Source: Hormiphora californensis (lineage: Eukaryota; Animalia; Ctenophora). From it: a stretch of 64,000 bases of DNA. Under the pieces are notes generated by a model. The model was given only the letters and a program-made list of their open reading frames with translations, searched no databases and had not been told where the DNA came from. The stretch is from contig CM035353.1 of the NCBI GenBank assembly GCA_020137815.1, positions 5,580,001 through 5,644,000 on the forward strand, written 5' to 3'. Shown one piece after another: positions 1-48,748 of the stretch; positions within the stretch are counted from its first letter, which is position 1; every line of letters starts with the position of its first letter. The position numbers were made by a program, and so were the translations under genes.

Positions 1-1256
1 ACCACTATTCTTTAAATCCTTGCCACCATCCCCCACCGTGGGTCACGGAAGGCAAGGTGGTCGGGACATAAAAACGAGTTCTACCAAACTCCATCGAAAA
101 GGAACAAACAACCGAAAATAGCAAAACTTCTAAAGAAAGGGATCAAGCCGTTCAAAAGGGGGAAAACTAGAAAACTCGTCGCGGTCGAAGCTATTTAGCC
201 TACCCCCGTGGGGCTGTGGCAGAATCCCTTTCTGAAAGTTTCCTGAAGTTGGGAAAGCGAAAAAGCCCCCATCTTCTGAAAGAAAAAAAAATATCTGGAA
301 AATACCGACCGGTAGCACTGCCACCACTTTTCCAAAACCTTTGAATATGTGCGCAAGGTAACCTGAATTTGTTGAGGGGCAAGTATTCTAAACAAAAACA
401 ACCCCGATTCGATCAGGACGAGCTGCCTTACTCCCTACTGAAAACACTTTTTCCCAAACCTGGAACCCAACCGGAGTTAAGTAAATTCCCTTTTTAATCG
501 TAATTAAATTTTGGGGGTTTTTTTTCCCTACTACCCCCCGTAAAAATACCCCCCCCCGGACAATCCTTGTGGCCCCCCGGAAGGTTGGTTTTCCCTTTCC
601 CTCCCCCCCTCCTCCTTCACTTTTTCATGCCACATCATTGCCCACGCGGATGCTTTTGCTGAGTGCGTTGTTATGATAGTGTATTGTAACTGAAACTTAT
701 TTGTAAATCTTGTAAATCTTGTAAATCTAACATTGATCACTTGCTATCAACAAATCTCAGGTTTATCTCGTGCCAGATGATTCACAGAAATATTTTACCA
801 ATCAGGACACTTGTACAGCTGGAGAAGACGTAAATGTATTTGGGTTTTGGTTTATTCAATTCCCTTGAGCACGCTGGTAAATCAGCGTTCGACTTTAACA
901 TATCTAATTAACTTGAAAGCGTATGGTTGTCTATCTGCTACGAAATAGGTTTGGTAGTTGGTGATGCCGGTAGCGGGCTTCGTTTTCGCGCGCTACGTGC
1001 GCGAGTTGTAAGGGTGACTGCGTCACCAAGTTTGGTAGAGACGTTTTTGAAAATTTTGCATTGAGCTCCTTCAAAAATCAAATTGAAAGCTTGACTACAG
1101 CTCAGGACATCAAAATCAGCGCTACAATGGCGAAGAAATTACACAGAAAGCTTCAAAACACGCCTTTTTTAAACACAGCCTCAGAGATTTAGCCCTGACT
1201 TTATTGACCGTTTAATCATTGGAAAGTCCTCGATACTCTCTTCCCAACGAGCCTAA

Positions 1257-1860
1257 GGCTATAAGCATACTGATCGTGATGATCATAATCAGGTCAGTGT
1301 GCGGACGTTTTGATGGTCACCATCAAAGGAGCGCACACACTGATGTTTATCATCATGATGGAGGCTTGATGCATCATGATGTTCTCAAACCATAGTGTGT
1401 TCACGTTTGATCATCATGAACCATAGTGTGCTCACGTTTGATCATCATAAACCATGTTCAACTTGCTGGAACTTGCCTTTTGATCATGATCATCATGACC
1501 AGTGTGCTCAGCATGATGATGCTATCTCCCGGGAGCTCCCCCTTGTCTAGTCGCGCGCTCTGAGAGGCTGTTGCATATCACGTGACCTGTACAACAGCCT
1601 CTCGCGCGCGCGAAATCGTACCACGTGGTACATATCACATGACTACAGTGCAGCCCTCCACAAGAATAAGATCAAAACCTGCGCACACTAGGTGTTGATG
1701 ATCATCATCCAACTTAAGAGACGGCTCCAGGGCCAGCTCTTACGTGATGATCATAATGTTCCGCACACTGCAGTTTTTTGCAGATGATGATGATCAAAAC
1801 CATGAGCACACTTCATCTTTTTAACTGATTATGATCATCACGATCAGTATGCTTATAGCC
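1257..1860. mobile_element. PIF/Harbinger-type MITE (604 bp)
   Basis: 36-bp TIR GGCTATAAGCATACTGATCGTGATGATCATAATCAG; TAA TSD at 1254-1256 and 1861-1863. Confidence 0.9.
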
Positions 1861-2800
1861 TAAGATTGTGCGATGGCCGATGTGGACAAGAAATGACAGA
1901 GTTATTGCCAAAAAAGTCAAAATTTGACCATAAAAGGGATTTCACTCCACCGTTATCCAACTTATTTTCGATCGCAAGCATGCCGTAAGTCAAACAAAAC
2001 GATATTGAAACTTTTGGAGACAATTTTTTTTTCAACTTTTTTGGCAGGTTCACTCGAAATTCAAAACAGGGTGCGCGTCGCAATGCCAAAATGCGCGTCG
2101 CATGCGCGTCGCATTGTGCGCGTCTCAACACAGTGTCTCGCCTCCATGGGCGTAGTGCAGAAACTCTCGGAAGCCAGAATATAGACTTGACTTCAGTGTC
2201 AATTTTGACCCACTTCCTGTTGACAGACAAACTTCTCGGGTATTTTCCAGTATATTAGGATCATTTGTAGTCTTTTGCGACAAACCGGATGCAAATCGGT
2301 CCAGTGGATCGCGTGCAACATCCCTTGAAAGAAACGACCCTTTTTGGGGCGGAGCAGACACCTGTGTGTGAGCTCAATCTTGGTCGCGCACGGTGTCACC
2401 AAGGATCACTCTTACACTCTAAAGTCGAATAGTAACCGGTACCAGATAGAAAACAATTCAAGTTTAGTATTACCATTGAATTAGATAGACGTTTACATAA
2501 CCAATAATTTCAATTCAGTTTTAAATTTTGTCCAATATGAAATGAATAAAATTGAAGAAAGTTCAATATTACACAAAAAAATTTAAATAGTAGACTTTAT
2601 ATCTAAGTCAAATACCAGAAAATTAAAAATACACTCAGCGAAACACTGCACAACACACTGATCGACCATGATCATTGCTGATCTGTCTGGGTGCCGTAGA
2701 CCCCATCTGAGCGTACTGAGAATCAAATGGGGGTCTGGCGCCGCCAGACAGTCGCTGATTAGATCCCTTGCTATCAGTGTCAGTAGGACTTTTACTACTA

Positions 2801-3758
2801 CAATCGGACCCCGATTTAGTGGCACCCCGATTAGTGGCAGGATAATCTTCCCCCAATATAACGGGTGACAACTAAAAATCTGGACAATTTTCTGTGAGCT
2901 CTAGCGCCGGCCCCGTTTGAGATACAGCTTCAGGCCTGAGCTAGAACGATTTTTCAGACAATTTTGAATCAGAATAACACAACGGAAAAAACTAAAAAGT
3001 TCATTTTCATTGCGTTATCGCATCATTTCCTCTTGACCCACCAAAGCATGTGTACGGAGATTTGAGATTTCTGTGTGATCAGAAACGACCTTCCCGATGA
3101 GATAAACTTTATCTCATCGGGTTTATCATAAAGTTCTCAAATTTGAAATAATGGTTGTTCATGCCATAACCAGCATAACTGCCAAGTTTCAACATTTTAG
3201 CTTATCAGGAAGTTGGTTTTCCACGTCATAAATGTTTCGAGAGATCGTCAAAATGGCGATTTCTCAAATTACCTGTAAACTACGCTTTGAAGGGTTTGTT
3301 ACAGATGATTCTGTGATTAGAATTGAGATTATCGGAGTGTGAAACAAAGTTAATTTTGTTCAAAATCGTCTGAAAAATCATTCTATCGCTGCCCCGAAGC
3401 TGTATCTCAAAAAGAACAGGCGCTAGAGGTGCTAGAAAAGTGTGTAAATTTCAAGTACTACATGCTTTGGTGGGTCAAGAGGAAATGATGCGATATCGCA
3501 ATGAAAATGAACTTTTTAGTTTTTCCCGTTGTGTTATTCCGATTCAAAATTGTCTGAAAAATCGTTCTAGCTCAAGCCTGAAGCTGTATCTCAAACGAGG
3601 CCGGCGCTAGAGCTCACAGAAAACTGTCCAGATTTTTAGTTGTCACCCGTTATATATAGGAAATCAACAGCATTTGACCCCGATTTAGTGGACACCCCGA
3701 TTTAGTGGACAAAACCCTTTCCCCGAGGGTGCCACTAAATCGGGGTCCGACGCAACTG
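2801..3758. mobile_element. Tc1/mariner-type MITE (CAGTCGGACCCCGATTTAGTGG family) interrupted by a nested element
   Basis: TA flanks and CCCCGATTTAGTGG subrepeats. Same family at 7406-7490 and 41211. Confidence 0.75.
2859..3652. mobile_element. Long-TIR non-autonomous DNA transposon (TA TSD)
   Basis: TIRs of about 190 bp, TAACGGGTGACAACTAAAAATCTGG... / ...CCAGATTTTTAGTTGTCACCCGTTA. Confidence 0.88.
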
Positions 3759-3936
3759 TAGTATAACTTATACTATAAGTACTAGAAATCAAAAAATATA
3801 TCTGAATAAACGAAATGTTAAAATTAAGTGGTACTGCAATAATAATAAGGAGAAGAAAAAAAAGACAATAATATTCATATAAACAAACATTCCAATTGAT
3901 TCTTTTTCCCTCTCGGTATTCACAGAAATCTTCTAT

Positions 3937-4149
3937 AGTGCGGTTTTTAATAACGCGAACCGGGGGCGTGCATTTATTTAAATCGATTTTTACGTGCTAA
4001 ACTAATTCGGTCATATCTTTGGTTCCTGATAAGATAATGACTTGATCTTGGTTGCATTGAAAAGTCAGGAACTGGATTTAGATTTAGCACGTACAAATTG
4101 AGTTTCATAAATGCGTGTGCCCCCGGTTCGCATTATTAAAAATCGGACT
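3937..4149. mobile_element. AG...CT-ended MITE (Kolobok-like), related to 54776-55046
   Basis: Imperfect TIR of about 30 bp. The internal segment CAACCAAGATCAAGTC.TTATCTTATCAGGAAC is shared in inverted orientation with about 54925-54960. Confidence 0.65.
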
Positions 4150-4218
4150 TTGCTTTCTGTCTGGCACTGGCAGCGCCAGACCCTGATTAGATTCTCAAAG
4201 TGATAGTGCGCTCAGATG

Positions 4219-4302
4219 CTGTCAGGCCAATGCTCTGACCACAGTTCTCACGCGCTCCTTATTTGAGAGAAACGAGAATGGGTCAGGCCAATGCTCTGAC
4301 AG
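4219..4302. mobile_element. 84-bp MITE with 8-bp TSD, nested in a repeat spanning about 4156-4331
   Basis: Ends CTGTCAG...CTGACAG; TSD CTCAGATG at 4211-4218 and 4303-4310. Confidence 0.8.
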
Positions 4303-4303
4303 C

Positions 4304-7300
4304 TCAGATGCGGTCTGCGGCGCCATACAGTCTGTTTTTGAACGTAATGAAGGACTTTAGACATTTATTAGAGAAAATGGGGTGTGACCGGAAATAGTAA
4401 ATAAAAGGATTGCACGAGCTGTGCAGAGTGTAAAGAATAATAGAGAAAACGAGACAGCAGTAAAGATACAACGAAAACGCTCCGTTTGAAATGTTTGTCA
4501 GTGTCAAGCTAACCGGAAGAGCGTTACACTGCATGGAGCATGTTGTAAACATTCAGTAGGTTAGACGGTAACAAACACAAAATGTAAAACACAATCATCA
4601 TAGTGACTAAGGTAGAACTCTTGCATGACCGGTTTACCCTAAACAACCGTAACTTGCTACCAAATCGGGACTTTTTAATCCGTAAACCGGATTTAGTGGG
4701 AGTGCGTTTGATATTTTTACCACACACTCCTATTGCTCCAGCCGCCCCTTTTGAGTTGTTCCAGTGGTTCGGACTCCAACCTTTGTCACCACAATTGCTG
4801 TCCTCAATTAGAACGTCTAAACCCCCCGCAGTGGAGGATCTGTGGCCCAATTTGATCACATGGAGATCCAAATCTTCATTTCCTGCTACGTCCGGTGGAT
4901 CCTGGGGTGAAAGTGAGGCCGAAAGCACAGTTGATGCCCGTTTGCTTGTCCGACTGAGACAAGTTTCATCGCCTGAGAAAACTCTGGAGAATCTGTCAGC
5001 TACTTGCACGGTGCCGTTCCGCTGGGCCAACTTCACCACTACTAGGACACAGAGGATAAAGGTAGCGAGGAAGGGAGTCATGGACATGACATTTGTAACG
5101 ATGAAAGTAGCTTTTGATTCCATATCACTTAACTCGATGTGCTCCATGCCAAAATATCCAACAATCGGCACGTAATGGTATCCACCTGAAGATATATAAA
5201 GTCCAATTTGTGTATTTAAGGGACAATTGACACACTGAAAATGGTCGCGTGTGCCACCCAGATTTATGAAAACAGTTATTTGGGTCGATGTAAGGAGCGT
5301 TGTTAGGTGTAACAGTGAACAGACGGACACAAAATTTTATTGAACCCCCGCAATGCTGATTTCCAAACCCTGAATGGGGCCTGAATGATCTTTTTAGCAT
5401 GTGTGTGCTAAAAAGAGAGAGATAGAAAGAATAGAAATATTATGGCTTTTAGTGAGCCCATGATATACTCAATAAGTTTTACTTACCACGTTTGAAGAAA
5501 GGATACATGGTTGAAATGAATGGATAGAGCCAAGCCAAAAGGCACAAAGCAGAAAATCTGGATTTAGTAAGAATGCGCATCCTCTGAAATGGAAACCAAA
5601 CCGCGATAAACCTGTAATATGGGGAGGGGGATGTTGGTAATTAGAGTTAGATATAAACCTAATAGGGCGAGGGTCTGGTTCGTTAAATCAAATTTTATCA
5701 CCCACTTTTGTCAGGAATGGGCTCTCTGGCGGTGCCAGACTCCGTTTTGATGCACTCAGATCAGGTCGACACCGCCAGAGGGCGGAATCACACCAAGATC
5801 TTCGAAAGAATTGTTTCGACGCACCAAACTCAATCACACTGAAAAGTATGGTTGGTTCTTCACAGCAGGCGTTCAGTTGTTGTGAACGCCTGCTGTGCGC
5901 GGCGCATTGGCACGTGCATCTTGGGCGCTGACAGGCTTTCACATGTTGTAAAGTCGGATTTTTTGAAGTTGTCACCCCAAAATGACCGCGCGTGTGAAAT
6001 TTATCAATTTTGACGCGCATACCACACGTTAACATGTGATGTGACGCGCAAAAACATTCCGCGCACGAGAAGGGGGGGTGACAACTTCAAAAAATCCGAC
6101 TTTAACATATAGAAGCCTGCCAGCGCCCAAGATGCACGTGCCAATGCGCCGCGCACAGCAGGCGTTCACAACAACTGAACGCCTGCTGTGAAGAACCAAC
6201 CATACTTTTCAGTGTGATTGAGTTTGGTGCGTCGAAACAATTCTTTCGAAGATCTTAGTGTGATTCCGCCCAGACAGGGAATGAATGGACATTATTGATT
6301 CCTTTACCTGTCGATTGAGAAGACGAGAACAAGAAGAAGGGATGCTTCATTAGTGGTACTGGACACCCAACCTGAAATATATTAGAATGATGAGAAATAG
6401 AAATAGTTCCAAATGTCATGGTAAAATATAATGCACATGAGGAAGTTGTGTCAATAGTTCTCAATCAATTAACCAACTACTTAAAAAAGCTTTTATAAAA
6501 GCCTTTATAAAAGCTTTTAATAAAAGCTTTTATAAAGGCTTTTATAAAAGCTTTTTTAAGTAGTTGGTTAATTGATTGAGACCTATTGACACGACTTCTT
6601 CATAAAAGTTTTATGAAGTTCACTAACCGATAAAATCAGAGATGTATGTCCCATCCAGATCGTTCCCGCCAATAACCGGAGGTAGACTTCTTGAGTTAAA
6701 AAGTCCCGCTGAAAATTCATAAATTAATTAAACAGATATATCAATTAAGAAGATAACATCTTCTTATATTAATAGATATGATGGACAAAAGAAAAAAAGT
6801 GTGATCTATTTCGATTTTTTGTAGCTACCGTGTGGGGCAATAAAAATGCCCCCCCCCCCAAGTCTACCATAGTTCCAGATATCGTGGAGCGCTAAAATTT
6901 GGTATAGTAACTCTATGAGACAAATAAATAACTTGGCCAAAATTTCAGACCTCTAGCTCAAAATTCATTTTTTTGATAGGAATGAACATTGTCATTCATT
7001 CCAGGAAAAAATATTTTCCGGTCCAAAATTTAACAAATTATGTTTGGCTATCGATTTGCTTTCCAATGGGACCAAGATCAGCTAAATTGGACAAACACAA
7101 GAGACACAGTGTCATGTTGCTTTAAGTTAGTCAGGTCATGTGATCTTCACCGAATCGTTGAGTTTCCGGGATTGCTAATCGGTCCAATGGTATTTCTTAC
7201 CTGCGACAAACGGAACAACAATGATACATGTGAGCAGATCGGCCACGGATAACTGCATGAGGATTGAGGTGGTCCGTGTTTTGAACTGATTCTGTAGTAG

Positions 7301-7754
7301 TGCTAAATGAACTGTTAGCATACCGTTCGATACCGCCCTGAGAGAGAGAAAAGGGTTATTACTTTGAAATTACAATGTACAAATCTCAACATGAACAAGT
7401 ATGTACAGTCGGACCCCGATTTAGTGGCACCCTCGGGGGAAAGGGTTTTGTCCACTAAATCGGGGTGTCCACTAAATCGGGGTCCGACTGTACCACACTG
7501 ATCTACAATCAGCAGTATAGTACCAACTAGGTACTAACCTGTCAGAGCATTGTCCTGACCCTATTCTCATAGGATCTATGAGAATAGGGTCAGGCCAATG
7601 CTCTAACAGGTTAGTAGTTTAGAAAGTCAAAGCATTGGCAGCTGACAACTACTCACCCCAATATGCAAACAATAGAGCATATGATGCCACACACATAGTC
7701 AATAGAAGTGTAGTGAAACTGTATCCGCATGGTACTAGTATTAGTATCTGACAT
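4304..7754 (-). CDS. Orphan rhodopsin-family (class A) GPCR, 6 coding exons: 7754-7657, 7337-7201, 6708-6628, 6371-6308, 5611-5487, 5185-4304 (one +1 frameshift near 4535)
   Basis: Manual splicing with phase-consistent GT-AG introns gives MSDTNTST... TM1 (ILGAVSN), TM2 LSVADLL, TM3 SIDRFIAVWFP, TM4 LLAWLYP, TM5, a long ICL3, TM6 CLLP and TM7 SSCNPFIYYFR (NPxxY). Confidence 0.88.
5780..6271. mobile_element. Palindromic Harbinger-like MITE in GPCR intron 4
   Basis: Near-perfect arms of about 160 bp starting GGGCGGAATCACAC; 3-bp AGA TSD. Confidence 0.85.
5952..6101. mobile_element. Kolobok-like MITE at the centre of 5780-6271
   Basis: TIR AGTCGGATTTTTTGAAGTTGTCACCCC; flanks GTAA and TTAA. The same end occurs at about 46587, and a relative at 42919-43068. 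Confidence 0.75.
6437..6603. repeat. AT-rich near-perfect palindrome in GPCR intron 3
   Basis: Arms of about 83 bp with a 1-nt centre at about 6520, built from AAAAGCTTTT units. Confidence 0.9.
7406..7490. mobile_element. 85-bp Tc1/mariner-type MITE
   Basis: TA|CAGTCGGACCCCGATTTAGTGG...CCACTAAATCGGGGTCCGACTG|TA. Confidence 0.9.
7532..7616. repeat. 85-bp palindrome related to 4219-4302
   Basis: TACTAACCTGTCAGAGCATTG... / ...CAATGCTCTAACAGGTTAGTA with a 3-nt loop. Confidence 0.85.
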
Positions 7755-8464
7755 ATGGCAGCTAGCCGCTAGGAATATAATATAATATCAAGATATAAGT
7801 TGAGAGGTTTTGAAGGGAGGGCAGGGGAAGAATCAAGTACAGCATGGGTTGGAGATACTGGGGAAGTGAGTTCGGTTCTGGAGAAATTGAATTTAAGGTT
7901 GATACCGCGTTATTTTATTTAGCTGGTGGTTAATGAGTTTATCTCGATATGTTTGTCTGACAAGATTATGATTAATGAGATTCTAGGAAGTGTAGGAGGT
8001 TGTGGTTGGCCGAGAGACACGAGATATATCTAGAAACCATGGTTTGATAGTTATAAATTAGAAAACCCTAATTAGTGGAGGGGTGAATACCACTTATTTG
8101 GCCATATTAGGACGACATTAACCACATTGATAAACAAACCCCTCCCTTCGAACGAATTCGATCATGTTAAAAATATCCACGCAGACATGACGAAGAACTA
8201 AATGGTGATAAACTGAACTCACTTCCCCCTACCTGTTATCCAAACTTGGGAATAAAGAAAACAAAATAATCTAAAAGGTGTTTTACTCTACAATCTTTTA
8301 TTTACAAAATGCTGTACATATCACACACATTTACATCTTCGGAAGCATCTCATAAAGATACAAGGTGCATACACCATGGAGCAAGGTGCATGGAGGAAAA
8401 CTCTCATTATTCTCATTCGAGGATAATAATCATAGTCTTGTGCGGATCTCCTAGATCTCAGGGG

Positions 8465-37943
<29,479 letters not shown>

Positions 37944-38038
37944 TCTGGATCGTCACATACTGTCTATATATGAAGGATAAAAAGAAGTTAATATTTTGGA
38001 AACTGATTAAATCTTTCTAAAGAGGAAAAAAGATCAAG

Positions 38039-38044
38039 TTTATT
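38039..38044 (-). terminator. Poly(A) signal of LRRC74, about 75 nt upstream of the DNAH12 acceptor
   Basis: AATAAA on the minus strand, followed by a U-rich tract. Further copies near 38090 and 38131. Confidence 0.5.
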
Positions 38045-38225
38045 AAAAACAGATAAAATTTCAACGGCTTTACAATTGCTTTTTACAGTTTATTTACACA
38101 AATTGCTGATTTCACGCACACTGATTGTAGTTTATTGTTACTCAGTCTTTGAACAAATATACTCTCCTGAAGAGCTCTAATCACACCGACACAACTACAA
38201 AACAAATATAGTGCTACTATCCTGT

Positions 38226-39638
38226 TCATCCTGCAACATTACTATTATACCTCACCACACACTCATCCAACCACTTGGTCTGCTCCGTTTCAAGGAGGGC
38301 GGTATAGTTGACTGATCCCTTGTTCTCCCCGTCCATCTGGTCTATCAGCATCTCCATGTTGGTCTTGTCAAATGGAAGGTGGGCCTGCTGGAAGGCATCG
38401 AACAACACCTCCTTGCTTACCTCCATACTTTCCTCTTCGTCAAATCGTTTGAACACTTCCACCAGCTCAAAGTGCTTATTATGCTCCAGCCATTCTTTAA
38501 GAGTGGCTATGGGGTTAGGCTTCTTTCTTCCCTCTAAGTATGGCTGGTGGGTGACTTTTAGGTTCTCCAGTGTCGTCTTGGTTTCCTTTAGCGTATTCCA
38601 GAGGTCCTCGTCGACTCTGACATTTGAAATGTCAACGTGCTCAATAACCGTGCTACTGTTTTTACCGAAACTCTCCAATATTTGACATGCCCCAGCCGGG
38701 GTTATGGGATTAAATCCCACGTTAAAATGCTTCAAGCCCTCATTCCCCTCGACGCCCTTGGCAAGATACTTTGCACCTTCAGCTGTTATCCGATTATTGC
38801 TGATGTCTAACCACTGAATGATAGTGTTGTTTCGGAGTGCCTCGCCCAATGCCACTGCACCTTCATCGCCAAAACCGTTCCATGCGAGGTTTAGTTGCTT
38901 CAGCATGACGTTGTTTTTCAATCCATGGGCAACAGCGATTGCACCACGTCTTCTCAGGTTGTTCCATGACACATTAAGGAATTCCAGACTCTCGTTAGCC
39001 CCGATGGCAGGTCCTAGCAATTGTCCTCCCTTCTCCCCGATACAATTCTTACTGAGATCAAAGTGGGTCAACCGAAAGTCCTTCATAACATCCGTGAAAT
39101 GTTCAATGTCCTTGTCTGAAAAGCTGTTGCCGGAGAGAAACACTTCCTTGAGATTTACATTTGAATGCAGCATATCACCAAGAGATTTAGCACCTGCAGT
39201 ACCGAGCTTGTTTTCTCCCAAATCAAGAGTTGTGATGTAGCAGTTCTCACGTAGCATGTTAGCAATGTATTGTCCACCCTCGGCTTCTAACGCATTGTCG
39301 GAAAGGTTCAACTTTAAAACTGAGGTGTTATTGATGAGGGCTAAAGCGATGGCTTTTGTACCCTTTGGACCAAGGCCATGATGTGACATCTGGATTTCTG
39401 AAGACTGCATATTTCGCAGGAAGTAACTAACGGGTATGATCCCCATTGACTTGCATTGTGTCACATACACCTGTCGACCGGTTGTGTCATAACTGGTCTT
39501 TTCTTCTTCAATCTCAAGGTCAGTGTCATAGCCATCACTTGAAGGGGCAGGCGACCCAGAAGCAATCGGAGGAGGTTTTTCGATGGAAGATTTCGATTCC
39601 ACAGGATCGATGGTAATTGGTTCACTTACGTCTACCAT
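38226..39638 (-). CDS. LRRC74: Leucine-rich repeat protein, LRRC74A/B-like (RNI-like LRRs plus C-terminal EF-hand-like region), intronless CDS
   Basis: 470-aa ORF with repeated LxLSxNxL/I units, N-terminal YDTDLE...CKSMGIIPVSYFLR, and degenerate EF-hand loops (FDEEESMEVS, MDGENKGSVNY). Confidence 0.8.
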   Translation of the reverse strand: MVDVSEPITIDPVESKSSIEKPPPIASGSPAPSSDGYDTDLEIEEEKTSYDTTGRQVYVTQCKSMGIIPVSYFLRNMQSSEIQMSHHGLGPKGTKAIALALINNTSVLKLNLSDNALEAEGGQYIANMLRENCYITTLDLGENKLGTAGAKSLGDMLHSNVNLKEVFLSGNSFSDKDIEHFTDVMKDFRLTHFDLSKNCIGEKGGQLLGPAIGANESLEFLNVSWNNLRRRGAIAVAHGLKNNVMLKQLNLAWNGFGDEGAVALGEALRNNTIIQWLDISNNRITAEGAKYLAKGVEGNEGLKHFNVGFNPITPAGACQILESFGKNSSTVIEHVDISNVRVDEDLWNTLKETKTTLENLKVTHQPYLEGRKKPNPIATLKEWLEHNKHFELVEVFKRFDEEESMEVSKEVLFDAFQQAHLPFDKTNMEMLIDQMDGENKGSVNYTALLETEQTKWLDECVVRYNSNVAG

Positions 39639-40337
39639 CTAAAACACATATAAAATTGTTAATTAAAGTTGATCTATTGACTATTTCTCACTCATGATCT
39701 GTACATGTTTGTCCTGAAGACTGAAAATTTCTTATTTTGCCTTCGCTGCAAACAGCGCGAGCAATGGGCGACTGGCCCCAACCCATATGCAGTGTGCACT
39801 GTGCATCAGTGGCCATTATCGACACACCGAGTACTGAAAAAAAATCATGGCTGGCCGGACGTGATAAAAATTCAAATTTCAAAATGGAGGAAAGAAAGGA
39901 ACACGACGAACACAAATTTCAAAATTCAAAACTCAATTTTTTTTGAGTGCGCGAAAAACTTTTTATTTTCAAAATCTGGATTTCTTATTACGCGCAAAAC
40001 CAAAATTTACGCCGCGCACGCGCGCTTGGTTAAGTTTTTGCAAAATGCCGAGCTCGAAATTGAAAATTTTTAAAAGTTTAAAAAAGGTTTCGGTTCTCGT
40101 TTTTTTTAGCTGTTTTCACACCCCCTGACCGTGGCTATTGACCCTGCTAATAGCCCCGAACACACAGGGAAACGCTAGGCCTGAGGCTTTTCTCCAACGA
40201 CCAGCGAGAAGCGTTATCCTTGCCCCTTGGCGATGGAGAAGGCGACAAAAGGCCTCCAGGCCATATTAAATTTTACGTAGATACACAGTGACTGTTGATT
40301 GGAGCTCATGTTACTAAAATTTCCGTTCTAGAAACTC
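39639..40337. promoter_or_regulatory. Putative bidirectional promoter / outron region between LRRC74 and GPR107
   Basis: 699-nt head-to-head gap, with acceptor-like TAG at each edge (39640-39639 minus, 40330-40331 plus). The promoter is inferred from position only. Confidence 0.5.
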
Positions 40338-47583
<7,246 letters not shown>

Positions 47584-48194
47584 GGTGTTCAGGATCTGTG
47601 AATAAAGACATAATGGGTTGGTCAATGCAGTAGGCCTTATTACAAAGCTGGTCCGGGTAGAATTGTGTCCATTCCTAGACTTTCTGATTTTTCATTTCTC
47701 TCTGTTGTTTTCCAGTGTGAAAGTTTGTTATTGATTATCTGAACAACTGGCACGGATTTTTTGCTGAATGTTAGCTGTAAAATTTGTACCTTTGCGTTAA
47801 ATATTCTAAAAACAGATTTTACCTGTTGCATATTTTGGGTTAAAAATTTGCTGTAAAAAGGATAACATGAGATCATTATCTATAACTTCTCGAGTGGACG
47901 AGTTGTCTATTCTGTTTGTTTATTTGTAGTGAAAGACCGATATTTAAAATCTTGTGTGTTCCAGCTTGTAATTGTCCAACATAGAGTTTTCCTGTATCCC
48001 ATCATATCCCACCCTGAGTAGGACTGTTACTGCATTTTATTACATGTCTCTCTTTAATCCTGAATTCCACCATTCACCATGCCCCTAAAATTTACCGTCC
48101 TCTCCGCCCAATATAGGATATATATATCAATCCTGACCGTTACTTTATATCTCCCATGACTCCCCCCTCACACCCCCCCCCCCTATTTAGCACA

Positions 48195-48383
48195 ATGTCA
48201 GATGATAATGGTAGCACAACAGGCAGTGTAGCGGACATCCCTGAGGCAGGAACTCCCCCTACACCGACACTGAAGGAACGTCTCATGCCAGCTAATCCCA
48301 TTGGGTTTACTATCTCTGTCGTGGTATCACTCGTGGCCATTCTCGGATTTATCTTTGGTCTTCCGTGTCCTGATACCGAATAG
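48195..48383 (+). CDS. Candidate 62-aa single-pass membrane microprotein
   Basis: MSDDNGSTTGSVADIPEAGTPPTPTLKERLMPANPIGFTISVVVSLVAILGFIFGLPCPDTE*. One hydrophobic segment of about 21 aa; pyrimidine tract plus TTTAG 4 nt before the ATG, as in the neighbouring genes. Confidence 0.6.
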   Translation: MSDDNGSTTGSVADIPEAGTPPTPTLKERLMPANPIGFTISVVVSLVAILGFIFGLPCPDTE

Positions 48384-48662
48384 AGGGGCTGTTGGGCTAC
48401 TGAGTCGAGATTAGAGGGGTTGTTCTGATCAGAGGGGACTCAAGAAAGTCAGAAGTCGCTGTGTACATATTATATTTTATCGCTCAATAATGCTATCACA
48501 TGAGTTTAACTGTTTTTAACCAGAAGAGACCTTATTGTTTTGACTTGGCTGTCATTTATCTGTATATTGTGCCGTTTATTATAAAACTTTTTTAACAAAA
48601 CATCCGTGTCTTATGACTTCCGGTCCGAGGGTCTTAATGTGGGCGAGTATACTCTCTCTCTA

Positions 48663-48694
<32 letters not shown>

Positions 48695-48705
48695 TATCTT
48701 TCGCA

Positions 48706-48748
<43 letters not shown>

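Noticed and set aside
5260-5407. Extra GPCR exon (ORF 5125-5400)
   Set aside because: Joining in phase 1 gives an immediate stop, and exon 5 splices in frame directly to 5185.
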